Of a stretch of DNA of 64,000 bases, positions 49,031 to 61,707 are shown one piece after another. Location: the NCBI GenBank assembly GCA_024137785.1, contig JAHRHZ010000145.1, positions 26,563,146-26,627,145 on the forward strand, in the 5' to 3' direction. The DNA is from Ginglymostoma cirratum. Taxonomy: Eukaryota. Within the stretch, counting starts at the first letter, position 1. Each line of letters opens with the position of its first letter. Below the pieces are notes generated by a model. The model saw only the letters and a list, made by a program, of their open reading frames with translations, was not told the origin of the DNA and made no database searches. Made by a program: the position numbers and the translations under genes.

Positions 49031-51699
49031 CTGATTCTCCATTTTAACTTTACAATACATTAAAAAAAAGCAGTCCTATCTAATTCTTTCCTATTCATTC
49101 CACCAATATACCTTCACCTGTAGCACCTTCCAGGCAACACAGAAATATCACATTCGTGCTGTGTAATAAAACATGTTCACAAACCTCTACAAGAATACTC
49201 TCTGCACATACAACTTCAGTGCAACCACATCTTTAATTTAATACCATGTTTTGCTTTAGATCCTATTATTTGTTTCCCTTTGGTGACAGCAGGTAATGAA
49301 TTTGTCCTTTATCCTAACCCTGTGTCGGTATTATTTGATTGGTAGGAACTACGTGAGTTGGCTGCTGTGTGCTCATGCAAGCCTCTTAGCCTTAAGGTGA
49401 CTCTCTCTTCCCTGTAGCTGCTGTGACTTGTGACCATTGGTAAACAGGAATTATGTGCTTTGTAGCCGAATTACAGGCGATGTAGGGCGTTAGTGGGAAT
49501 GCTGTTTGTAGATATATTGGACCCCTGAGAAATGGCATGTCAGCTTTGCCCATTCTTGCATACCTATACTGCTGGGCCCTGCTTCACCATGACTAGCCAA
49601 CAAGATGACGGCAATCATGATGGCACAGTGAAATCAACCAAGCAGTGCCTACTTGTTCTTTCTACTCATCACCAGGTTTGTGAAATTGAAAACTTGTTAT
49701 ACCCCTGAATTCACAGGCACTATGGTAGATGTCTAAGCAACTTTGGGAAAGGTTCTAAGAACTTTCGCAAATCTGGCAAGCTCCCTAGAGAGCTGTAAAG
49801 CCATTATGTGAGGCAATGTGAAATACATACATTTGACTGATGTGTAGAAACCATTATCTGAGACACATTGTTTAATATAATCCCAAATAACTGCCTAAGC
49901 ACTTCATAACAGTCAACATCCAACAGCCTCTCTGTTCTATCTTCCAAGCATTCTCGGGCTTCTTTCTTACATGGATTGAAGTGTTCTCATTTTTTTTAAG
50001 ACAGCCTCTTATGATTCATTCTCTTCTGTTTATAGTGTGTTCCCTTCTTCTGCAACTATTCTATCAACATGTTGAAGAAGCTGTTCTGATGCAATGGTCT
50101 TATCCCTACCCATGAACTGAGAGACCCAAGTTCAAGTCCACGTATGTAATAACATCTCTGAACAGGTTGATTTGGGAAAAAAAAATCATGTTAAGGTAGA
50201 AGGGCATCCAGCGACCTGGGACACGCATTCTGTTCCATTATTACAATATGATTTAGAAACAATGAGTGGATTCTTTTCTCCTCCTGAGAGTGATGAGAGC
50301 ATGGCAAGAATATTGGGAAAATGCGGTGAGAGTGAAAAAAACAGATTCTCGACTTCAGGTGAAGTGTTCCTGATTCTTCTCTCAAGCCTTAAATGCCAAT
50401 ATCAGAATCTCACTATTGAGCCATTATTATATTTTTCCATGCATTTGCACCTCATTAAAACTTTAACTCGCCTTATTTAAATGTCACATCAAGTTCTTCT
50501 TTCTACCAAAGGGAAACTAGCTGGTGCAAATTTCAGGTCTATAAATCAGAGCTGGTGTCTGACTGCCGCAGCTCACTGAATGGATATGCCAATCATCATG
50601 CAACTGCTTCTTCTGAACAACGTTCCTGCATGTTCCCTGGCCGCTAATCTCCCGAACCTTTGTCCATGCAAGTTAGCATTGGCACACACCTGTTCGTTAT
50701 AACTCTGCATTGGCAGCTAAAGTGGATGCTTTTCCGCTGACATCAACACATGTATCTTCAAGCTCTTACCTTGCTTTCTCAGTGCTCATTCACTTTAGCA
50801 CTTACTTGGAGGCTCCTTCCCCTACATATTGTTTACTTAGTACATACAGACATCCAGGATGCTTGCATCTGGGACTTGCATTGCTTTTTAGCACACTGGG
50901 TGTGATAAGCAACAGGTGACGATGAAAGCACTGAATAGACAACCTTTCAGTCAGATAGAGGAGTGGTCATGCTGTGCCTCATCAACATTAAGCCTGCAGA
51001 ATGCACTAGCAGTTTACGTGACAAACACACTGTATGTGCTTCAAGTGATTGCAGTAATCATGCCTCACTGATTCTATATTGCTTCAATTCAATACAGTTC
51101 ATTTGATCTCAATTTATACTTCTTCAGTAGATCATTCATTGTCCAGGAATACTCAGTAAAAAAGATGGCCTCAAGCAATTGTGAGTTTTGCATTGTGCAC
51201 ACCAAATGCCTCCTCGCATGGCAACTAACAGTTGTCATGAGTACAACATGAATTTTCCATTTCATATCCACATTCCATAGGAAGTTCTGGAAGACAACAC
51301 TTTGCAGCTGTCAGATTCTGACACCGAAATATAAGTATAAAATGACAAGAGTTGTGATATGGAATGGAGCGTTTTTGTTTGTTGGGAAGAGAGGAAGGTT
51401 ACTATTAATTTTGAAGGTGTGACAGGAAAGCCACCATGGTGGCTTACTGGCAGAATTCTACTCTCAACATAGCATGAAAACTTTGGTTGTGCAATGTACA
51501 AATCAGTCAGGTCATATATCCAAGAGCTATACATGAAGGCATGGCAATAACCTCATTGGGAAGCGTCCATTCCACATTGTGTGAGGAAATAACATTGTGT
51601 TTCATTTTGATGAATGTGAAGGCCCAGGAATCCCTTCAATAACATTATGTTATCTTCCTAACATTCAATACAGATCACCTAGTCACAGAGCTCACATGG

Positions 51700-52895
51700 A
51701 GAATGCTATCACTGGAGTCTTTGTGGCTTTGGTGCAATGCCAAAGACAATGTAGATGCAGACAATGATTACAATTTTGCAAGCAAGAATAGCAAGAACAG
51801 CAATCCCAAGTGGCTGTTGTATAGCTTCCAGCTGCCAGTGAAGATGCACCAAGGAGGAGGAGAATGATCAGACCCAGGGTCACAAGGCTTCATTGTCATT
51901 TTCTTCAACTGGATAAAGCACTGTGTAAGCTCCAATTAAGGATGTCCTACCCAATTATCTCTGAATGATGTATACTGCTTGAGCAGGAACTTGTGCTCAG
52001 AATGAATAGGGTCCACTCCATTCCAATGGTCTTCAATGTCACAGATCACCTGATATTTTCTGCCACTGGTTCGGTTCAAGGAATGACTGGGGACCTGTGT
52101 AGAATTTCCCAGTTCGTAACCCAAAAATGTATCTGGGATGTTACTGATTTACAGTTCTTCATATTCTTCCCCTTTGACAATGAGAATCCAACACCTTGGG
52201 CAGTGGGATCCTCCACCATCATTGGCTTCCCCAAGATGCAGTGTACTATAGAATGCACTGACCCTGTTTTGAATGTACCCTATTGTCAACCTGCAGAGTT
52301 TGTCAGCAGAAAAGACTTCCACTCCATCACTGCTCAAATTATATGTGAAGTTGTATGACAAATTTTGGAGGTCTGTGCCAAATATCCTGGAAGCTGCCAT
52401 GACTCTTACATACTGGACAACTCAGTTTTCTGCCTAGTTCAGGGTCCTTGGGCCTTACTCAGATGGTTGCTGGGAGGCAAGAGTTACACCCTCTAAACAT
52501 GGCTCGTGAAATCTTTGTGGAACCCTCAGATTGATATTAGAATGAAGGTACAACACTGCTCATGCTTTCATCAAGGCCATAGTGCAATGGACCACAGACC
52601 TCCTGAAGGTGAAGTATTAATGCCACGACCACTCCTATGGGGCTGTCCAGTAAAGCTTAGAAAGGGTGCCCATATCATTGTGGCATGCTGTGCTCATCAC
52701 AACTGGACCTGGGTAAGGGGAGTATCTTAAATCAGACAATATTTGGGAATGATAGCAATCCACTGAGAATGAAGCTGAAGCTGAGAATCAGAATATTGAA
52801 AGGGAGGGCCTTCCAACAGAGCAAAACTGAGAAATATGTTAGAATACCCCAGAAGCCAGAGAGAACTTAATGGCAACTTGCTTACAGGATGAATG
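51700..52895 (+). mobile_element. PIF/Harbinger DDE transposase fossil
   Basis: IGFPKMQCTIECT...FVSRKDFHSITAQIICE..QILEVCAKYPGSCHDSYILDNS...WLLGGKSY.L..WL...IIVACCAHHN. Confidence 0.9.
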
Positions 52896-54564
52896 ACCAG
52901 GGTCTGGACTGCGTTTAACTATTTCAGATTCTGTTTTAATCTGCCAAGCCCTCAACAACCCACCTCCACACCTGCACCTCCCCCATGTGATTGTACAATT
53001 TGATATCTTCAGGTGATCCCAGCTTAAAGTAGCATAAAATACATCTATATGAGCATTGGGTAAAAGGCCACAATAAGACAGCAGACCAGCAGCTGGTGGA
53101 TCAGCTCATTTAGTTCTCTACACACCGGCTGTGCAAAATGCTGATTGGAAAAGACAAGCTCATAATATCACAGTACGCAAAATCACAAGCAGACTGTTGA
53201 AGATGCTGACTACCTAAACTACCCTGAGTTAAGTCAAAGGAAAGGCAGCACGGTTGATGTAGAGAAGCAGCAAAACATTAATGCACAACACTCAGAGAGA
53301 AAGACATGCAAGAGGTGGAGATGACCACATAGTTTACAGACAAAAGGAAATAGCCTGCTGTTGACCAAACTGCAGAAAACGAGGAACACACAATCACTGG
53401 GAAAAGATGTGCAAAGCAAAGGGGAAAAATGGCAAAGGATTCACCAGAGTTAGGGTAAGAAGTGAATAAGCAAGGCAAAAAAAATTTATAAGCTGGAAAA
53501 TGATGATGAGTTTGAGAACACTACGCAGTTATATGGTTCCTGTGGCTGTAATGTAGCTGGAAGCACATTTGCTAGGGCAATGAAACTCACATTTATTCAG
53601 ATAAACACATAGGTTGGAAATAAGCCCTCAATTATAAATCTGAGGCTGAAACTTGAAGCAGAATCAAAGTGACATCATTACACTCAAACTGTACAAGGAC
53701 ATCATTCCTGAAAATATGAAAGAAAATGGTTACACAAAGAAAGACACACTAAAATAAAGCAACATCATGAAAATGGTAAATGGTGTAACTGAGATTCAAT
53801 AGCTAGGAACAACCCAGATCAGAGAGTCAAACAAAGGAAAAGACATTAACTGAATGTTCCACATCTCTGAAACATCTATCCTGCTGTCCTGGGATTGAAC
53901 CGCTGCAATAAGCTGTAGTTGATCTCAGTAAACCATGATATGAAGGAGTGCCACTAAGAGCTGGAGCTCATGCTCCCATTGAAACTCATCTTCAGATCAG
54001 AAGCAAGAAAATGATTATCACAGTTACAGAGCCTATGAACACCATAAATACCATCATCATGAGGACAATATGCAAAATTAAATGCAGTCAGGTATTGAAA
54101 TTCTAAACACCAATACGGAAGAAATGAAAAGGTCTTGACAGAAAATAATAGAAAGTTAATTCAGAGCAAAGGTTTCTAGCATTCTTACAGCATTCCAAAG
54201 ACTAAAGAATAATGTTACTGATCTTAAAGCTGATGGCTGAGTAGGACATAATGTAGCAAATTGAGAAAAAGCATTTGAAAGAGAACCTGTGAGCTATGTG
54301 CTTGCAGAAGAGTCATCCAAGAGAGAGATTCTGAACTTCAGGTCAAAACTTCACCAGGATGTACTTCAAATAGAAAAACTTGAACAAGGTAAGGATGGCA
54401 GTGCTGGATGTGGACTGAAGATTAGTGAACTGCAAATGCAATTTAATATGATATAGCATGTTGAAGAATCATTAACTAGAGACCCAATAACAAACTGTAA
54501 CAACTATGGGAACATTTAAAAGACGAACCATGTGATATAAAATTCTGAGCAGAGCGGGGACAGT

Positions 54565-54735
54565 TTCATTGTGACTCTCCTCAAAACATACCTCTTTGGC
54601 TGAGATTTTGGCCATCTGAACTAGCATCTCATTGTGCATTTCAATAACTAATTTTGGTTGATAATGATCCTAAGAAATGGTTTGGCACATTTTGCTTTAT
54701 TCAAGGTTTTTCATGTAAATGCAAGTTGTTGTTGA
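54565..54735 (+). mobile_element. L2 3' tail
   Basis: ctcctcaaaacatacctcttt (LLKTYLF) ... gtaaatgcaagttgttgttg. Confidence 0.65.
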
Positions 54736-56475
54736 AGTGAAAAACAAGCCATAAATGAAAACCAGGAGAGACTTAAAATGGACTGCTGACTTGCTATTAT
54801 CCATTTTACATTATCTTAGAATGTTGAGATCTATTGCATTGGATTTTGAAATAATTTTCCCTACAGAATGTAGAAACTACACAGCAAAGTCAAGTAGTCT
54901 CGCTTCAGCAAGCAGGACAGGCAAGTGCATCAATAAAGGTCAGAGAAGGAGATCTCTATCAGCATCCACTGTTTAGTGAGGAAACACTACTCTTGTTGGT
55001 TGCAGCTAATCGAATCCGGCCATCTCTTTTCATCATCATTGTTTATGCTTTGTGTAAAGAGATATGGGACCAGCTTGACCCCGTGACGGATGTTTGGATA
55101 AGCCAGCTGGCACTCATGGCTGTCAACTGCGCCAAAAGTCTGATAGCCTTGATTTTATGATCAGGCCCATCCAATTTATGGATGTAAATTAGTTGAACCT
55201 GATTTAAAAGGTTATGAGAGAGCCATAACTCTGGTTGTTGAACATTTTGACATGTCTTCTTTCATTGCTGGGATACTGAATACATAACAGGCAATAACTA
55301 AGATGCTTCTAAGTTTGTGCATTTGTCGTAAACACAAACATACCTCATCCACGTGACAGAGTATTCATTTTTTCAGAAACAGGGCGGATGCAATGCCTGG
55401 CTGAAACATTTAAATGTAACTTGGAATTTCTTGCGTGGAGACCCTAATGTTGGTGCATACTGGCCATTCAACAAGATCTGCATCCATTCAAAATGGGCAT
55501 TCAGCAATATTAAGTTGCCTAATAACCAGTGAGTATTTAAAAGAACATAAAAAATAATTCCGGAATTGCTGTTTTAGAGACATTTTGGGGTTTCTTTCTT
55601 CTGCTTATTTCTGCTGGTACTTACATTCACACAAAACTTTGTGTCAACTGTTCTACTTGTTTTTTTCTCAACAATACCAAAAAGCCTTTCTTTGTTTTAC
55701 ACACTTGGAAGGAAAGGAGGAGCAATGCAAGGATGGAAAGCTGATGGGTTGTACTGCGTTCAATCATTAGAACGTCCACACCTGCAGTTTCATTCACTTT
55801 GGCAGATGATGAGTGGTTTCTATTCCCAAAAGAAAGTGAGACAACTGAGTCAAAAAGATTGTGAAAGCCTGACTCACTGGAATGTTACTAGCTTCCTCAG
55901 ATGAAAGTCCGTAGTAGTATGCTGTCCCTGACATTGCCTGAAAGAAGGACGTGCAAGAATGATCACAGTATCCTACAGTTCTCTGGTCAGATATCACCAA
56001 TCATATCTGCAAAACAGCTGAGTGAAGCCATCTTCTCAGGTGCCATAATATCAGGCAGCCGGGTACAGAATTAGGCCACGTGCAGAGAGAACACAGAGCA
56101 ATCACCATGCAGCATTTTTCATTAATAGTGATGATCTATGGCCAGAACTTAATGCTGCCTTTTTGCATGCATGTTCTAATGTTGAACCAAGGGGAAAAAA
56201 CCTCCCCTTCAGTAACCATCAGATAGGAGGGTAGGGAAACAAACTGTTCGATCACATGCCTGCATCAAAGATTTCCTCCCTCTATGATATTGTCTTTTGT
56301 TTTAAGTTAAAAGCATAACAGACAATTTAAACACATGCACTGCATGAAGCTTATGAAGTAGAGATTCTTTATTCCACTAGTAATGAATCATTATAAATAT
56401 TAATGGAAAAGCATAACTAACAGGAATGAACTATTTACAATGGAAATTCACTCAATGTTCTAGATCCTCAAGGAT

Positions 56476-56592
56476 ACAGTCAAAAATCACACGACACCAG
56501 GTTATAGCCCAAAAGGTTTATTTGAAATCACTATAACCTGGAGTCGTATGATTTTTGACTTTATCCACCCCAATCCAACATCGGCATCTCCA
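56476..56592 (+). mobile_element. 117-bp palindromic mini-element with one-sided tail (probable PLE family D)
   Basis: gtcaaaaatcacacgacaccaggttatag / ctataacctggagtcgtatgatttttgac arms, ~33-nt tail, 10-bp TSD CCTCAAGGAT at 56466-56475 and 56593-56602. Confidence 0.8.
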
Positions 56593-58614
56593 CCTCAAGG
56601 ATGGTTGTAAAACTTAACTCATGATTGCCGATCAGCCAGGTAACAGGGTCGAGTAGCTCAAGATCCTGCTGCTAACTTCCCATGACCATGTGATGTAGAG
56701 AACCTTATCTCCCAGACACAAAGGCCATCCTTCTCACCTCGTGGCCTCTCAAACTCAATAGTTTTGCACAGATGGTCCACCTAGTTTTCCTGCAGCTGTG
56801 GGTATGATCCATTTCCTAATTCTTTACCCATTGTCAGTGACTCCAGTCTGCAGTCTTTCTAGCCTCCCTTGACTCATTGATACTAGAACTCACTGGTCTC
56901 AGATTCTTTATCTTCTTGCTGCTGCCTTGCTTTTCTCTTATTCACAAGGCTTCTTTCTGACTCAGGGGGGATTTCCCACATGATTCACTCCAGTTTCTCG
57001 CAGGTGTTCACCCACTCCACCATCACCTCCCAGCTCTCTAGCAGCATCCGTGGCTTTTAGTCCGCACTATTCGAGGCCTGCCTCCTTGAAATAGTGGCCA
57101 GTCTCAGACTTTTGCTCCAACTTCTTGCTGCTGCTTTACTTTTCTCTGTCCTCACAAGGCTTCTCAGATTCAGCAGCTCTGCCAAATAGTCTGACTAGCT
57201 TTCTAGGCGCTGCATGCCTGCACCAATTCCCCTTTCTGATTCCCTAGCCACCATCAGAGGTTTCCAGCCACCCTTTCCCAAATCCCGGACTTCTTCCCCT
57301 TCCTGTTTTATCCCTCACCTCACAGAACTAGGCAGCACCCACCAGCTTGCCAAAGACACCTCAGGGATGGGTCCACAAGGGGATGATGAGTTTTGTTGCT
57401 CCTCGCTGCTCCTCTACCATTGCAACTTGTTGTTGGAGGCCTCACTACATTAGGCTGAAATAGCATTTTTGTCATGCCGTGGTAATGTTTCCTTTTATTG
57501 TCTGCAGCACTTTAAGCTTCTACTATCACTGTAAATATGTCACTATAGTTCTTGCCGGAATCATCACTGTGGCTTTAAAAAATCGACCTTAGAAAACATT
57601 GCCTCCAAAACCTTTGCATTATGTGTTAGTGCAAAAATCCAGGGTACTGTCTGTCAAATGCAACGTCTTGTGTAGAGTAACTATCTTCCTTGTTTTAGTG
57701 GCAAATTGCTTTATGCAGTCAATTGGAACAGATTTTAATTGGTCATTTCTTTGTTGAGTTCAACAATTTTTTTTCTCTAAAGCATTGTATGAAGTTCACA
57801 TTGTGAGATAGTTTCCGGCAGCTGAACACCATGCAAAAATTCTACTGACAGCAGTTTTCCTTCTTGTACATGCATGTGGTTTATTCATATTTGTGCTATG
57901 ACTAACAGTACTATTGCAATTGAGGACACGTTGGACCCAATCTTTAGCTCACGACATTGAATCGTATACAAATCATTTTTTGCACCAGGTGCAGGCCCCA
58001 TTGAAAGGTTAGCACCTCTGTCAATGCCAAGAAACTGCTGTCACAGCAATGAGAAGTTAGCTTGCCAAGCCAGATCAAGTTGGCTGCTTTAAGAGCAGGG
58101 AGAGAAAAAGACAGATGCTAATTTGAAGCAGGTACAGGTAGCACAGACAAGCTGCCATGACACATTTTAAAAAATATTTTATAAACATGTTAATAAAATA
58201 ACAATCATAATTCACTTTTAATTTCATTTTCCTTTTTGTATGGTGGCAGAGCTAAGAAATCTCAAAGATTTTATACCTGGAATGAGTGAAATTAGTGTTA
58301 CTGTCAGTGACGATGTTACTGCTGCTGTTAGCGTTGATATTAAAGACAATTTTCATGTTTTCAGATTTTTGACTGCTTAGTGTAGGAGGCATTATGGGTT
58401 AATCTATATTGAGATTTTCTATGTAGCTAAATTTAGCACATAGAGGAAATACACAGAAAAACCAACTGGAAATGAAAATGTCAGATGGTAGCCAGCACAA
58501 GTTGAGATGGATGATAAAATTGTGTTTCGGGACAACAAGGATCATCAAAAGGTTCTACAGGTATTCACATCTATGAGAAGTGACTTTGCTAAGCCTCATA
58601 ACTGAAATGTATCT

Positions 58615-58815
58615 CTTTTATGAGTGGAAGTTGCCAAAACATTGAAAGTATTCAAGAGGCGACTAAATGCAGCATTTGGGACAAATGGGATTGAAGGAGA
58701 AAGCAGGATTAGGCTACTAAGTTGAACGATCAGCCATGATCATGAAGAATGGCACAGCAGGCTCAAAATGCCAAATAGCCTCCTTCTACTCCCATCTTCT
58801 ATTTTTCAATGTTTC
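58615..58815 (+). mobile_element. CR1 3' end
   Basis: gtattcaagagg...gatcagccatgatcatgaagaatggcacagcaggctcaaaatgccaaatagcctcct. Confidence 0.8.
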
Positions 58816-58957
58816 CAGAAAACCCATGTGTTGTCTGACAATGTCAGAATTTCTTCCACTGCAACACATATTCTTCCTCACTACTTTCCCTGTGACTACA
58901 ACTACTTAAAATAAGCATAGACGTTTAAGTGAGGTGAAAATAGACTTAAGGAAGAAA

Positions 58958-59060
58958 AACAAAGACTTGATTTTATACAGTACCCTTCATGATATCAGTA
59001 CTTCCCAACGCACTTCACAGCCAGTGAAGTATTTTGAAGTCTAGTTGCTGTTCTAAAGAA
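58958..59060 (-). mobile_element. SacSINE/L2-type tail fragment
   Basis: gacttgattttatacagtacc...cacttcacagccagtgaagtattttgaagt. Confidence 0.55.
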
Positions 59061-59899
59061 GGAATACTTCTGCCATGAAAATTCCTGCACTGGTTAGTCA
59101 ACAGGCAGACTTTCACTGCAGAAAGCCAGGCTGTGAAGGACAGAACGGGAACACAATCTTGACACACCGATCAGCCTTTGTTTACAGATGCACACATTGC
59201 AAATGTGCACCTCCAAAATCAACAACTGTAATATATCAATCTGTCACCGTATATATGTAAGACAAAGTAAGTCCTCAGTTAATAACAACCTGAACGGAAT
59301 TAAATACTCAATCACTGTATAATTAAGGGATTCACCTCTCTCTTTAAATAAAAGATTCTACATACAACTTAAAACTACAAAGTAAAATTAAAATCTTCCA
59401 TATTCTGTGTACAGAATGACATTGCATGATTCTTCTCCTCTAGGATCTGATAAATAATTTTATATGTGCATTTATTTGGTGAAACAATCTGATGTCAGTG
59501 GCTTGAATTTCAAAAGATTCTTTTGCTTCAGCATTTGTTTCAAGCCAGGGAGTTCACTCAGTAATCTTTACTCGCTAACTTTTCATGGAATGTAGATTAA
59601 TCCACAGGTATGATTATCTACTTAACACACAATAAGTATATTACCTTCAGTTCATCTATTGTGGCAGAATTTCATTTTAAGTTCTTGACAATAAAATCAC
59701 ATGTCAAGTGCCTCAATAAGAACCACATTTTCAGCAGCCTGCATAACACACCATTATAATTTCTCAGTTTTCCAAGATAAAGGATTGCATTTTCCATTCT
59801 CATAATCAGAAATATTATGACATTATGCATTATATCGCTAAAAGTGGAAGCCAAATATGGGAAGTTAAGATTGCATTTGTTCAGCTATGTTTCCTTGGA

Positions 59900-60205
59900 C
59901 TGCACCTTTCAAACATACACTGTCTACCACCTAGAAGGACGTCAGCTGCATGGGAACAACACCATCTGCATGTTCAGCTCTGAGCCACACACCATCCTGA
60001 CTTGGAAATGCAATGCCATTCCTTCACTGTCACTGGTTTAAAATTCTTGAAACCCCTCCATAACAGCACTGTGGTTGAATCTATATCCCAAGGTCTGCAG
60101 CAGTTCAAAGAGGTAGCTCACCACCACATTCACCAACACAATTAAGAATCAGCAATAAATGATGGTGCATATCCATATCCAATATCCCATGAAGAAATAA
60201 AAAAA
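59900..60205 (+). mobile_element. 3' end of CR1/Zenon-like LINE
   Basis: Colinear with 62625-62915 (ctaccacctagaaggac...gccacacaccatcctgacttgg...). Confidence 0.8.
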
Positions 60206-60231
60206 GAAGTCCCAGACTTCATTTTCTTAAT

Positions 60232-60428
60232 AAAAATTAGAAGAACTGCAGATGCTGTAAATCAGAAACAAAAACAGAAATTACTGGAAAAGCTTAGCAG
60301 GTCCGGCAGCATCTGTGGAGAGTAATTCTGAGGAAGGGTCATTGGACCTGAAATGTTAACTCTGATTTCTCTCCACAGTTACTGCCACACCTGCAGAGCT
60401 TTTCCAGCAATTCCTGTTTTTGATTAAA
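60232..60428 (-). mobile_element. Non-coding palindromic PLE mini-element (family C); hammerhead on + strand at 60328-60357
   Basis: Inverted arms; tail on left arm; CTGAGGA-A-GGGTC(ATTG)GACCT-GAAAT-GTT-AAC; 9-bp TSD TTTCTTAAT at 60223-60231 and 60429-60437. Confidence 0.88.
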
Positions 60429-60479
60429 TTTCTTAATGTTTTATTTAAGATATGATAATTAAAAGTAGATTAATATCCA

Positions 60480-61265
60480 TGCTGAAGTAACCACAAAATA
60501 ATACATATTAATATGGTAAATACAGAAGGACATAAATGAGACGATAACCAAATTAATGGATTGGAAGACAGCTGATTTTGGGAGACTGAGAAAGGAACTT
60601 GTAAAAATAAAATGAAAACAATAATGGAAAGCAATAATCCAGAACAATGAAAACATTTAAAATCATGTTCAATGAAGTTGAGGAAACATATATTCCACTG
60701 AAAGTAAAATAAACAAACTAAACGCCGATGAGACTCCATTGATAGATAAGACATAAAGAAGTAACTGAAATTTAGCAAACAGGCTTACATTAAGTACACA
60801 GAGCATAGACGAGTGCAGAATGAAAGTGAACACGAAGAGATTAGGAGAGAAATTATAAAAAAAACAATTAGCTAGTCAAAGAGGAACAATTAAAATAAAT
60901 TATCAAGGAACATAAAACAAAATAGTAAAATATTTTACAGGCATGTAAATTGGAAAGAAAGGTATACTGTGACGAGAATGGGACCATTAAGACATAAATA
61001 GGATACTACGCAGGCAATGGTAGAGCGATGACAGGAATATTAACTGATAAATTCACTTCACTACTTGCCAGGAAGAACATTGAACATTAGATATAGGACA
61101 ATGAAATGATAAATTAGTTAAGTGCATTTTAAATTAAGAAAAGCATGTATTGCATAAACTAAACCAACACAAAGAGGAGAAAGCATCTGGTCCAACAGAT
61201 TTCCTCCACATGTTAAAAGAATCGTAGGAAAAGTTAGCAAAGGCATTACTGCACATACTTTGTAA
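60480..61265 (+). mobile_element. Old CR1 ORF2 middle fragment
   Basis: IKQNSKIFYRHV, MGPL, KASGP-like motifs of the CR1 EN-RT linker. Confidence 0.65.
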
Positions 61266-61375
61266 TTCAGATTCTAACCGTTCCACAGTTTCCAAACTTT
61301 TAATTATAGATATATACAAACCATAACAGCTTTGGTCTGCTAATATTGTATACAGCAACACAACAGAAAACCCAG

Positions 61376-61460
61376 ATAACAAGCATGGGACTGGATGAAC
61401 ACAGCAGGTCAAGCAGCATCATAGGAGCAGGAAAACTTGACATTTCGGGCCTAGACCCTT
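61376..61460 (-). mobile_element. 85-bp family A pLTR insertion
   Basis: 15-bp TSD CAACAGAAAACCCAG at 61361-61375 and 61461-61475. Confidence 0.9.
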
Positions 61461-61707
61461 CAACAGAAAACCCAGTTCCTGTGCACCACCTAAATACTAA
61501 TTGTCACTGCGATACAATTCTATTACAGTCTGAGTTGGTGCCTTTTGTGGAATTTCTCTGATTGTTAATAAGCATTTAACTTTTATGATCATGCGACAAT
61601 AGCTGAAACTTTGAAACAGTTTAGTAAAGATTTTCTGCCCCAATGAGGATCCCCGCATGTTCTATTACACTCGTTTATTTGGTAGCGTGATAGGAGCAAG
61701 AAGCACA

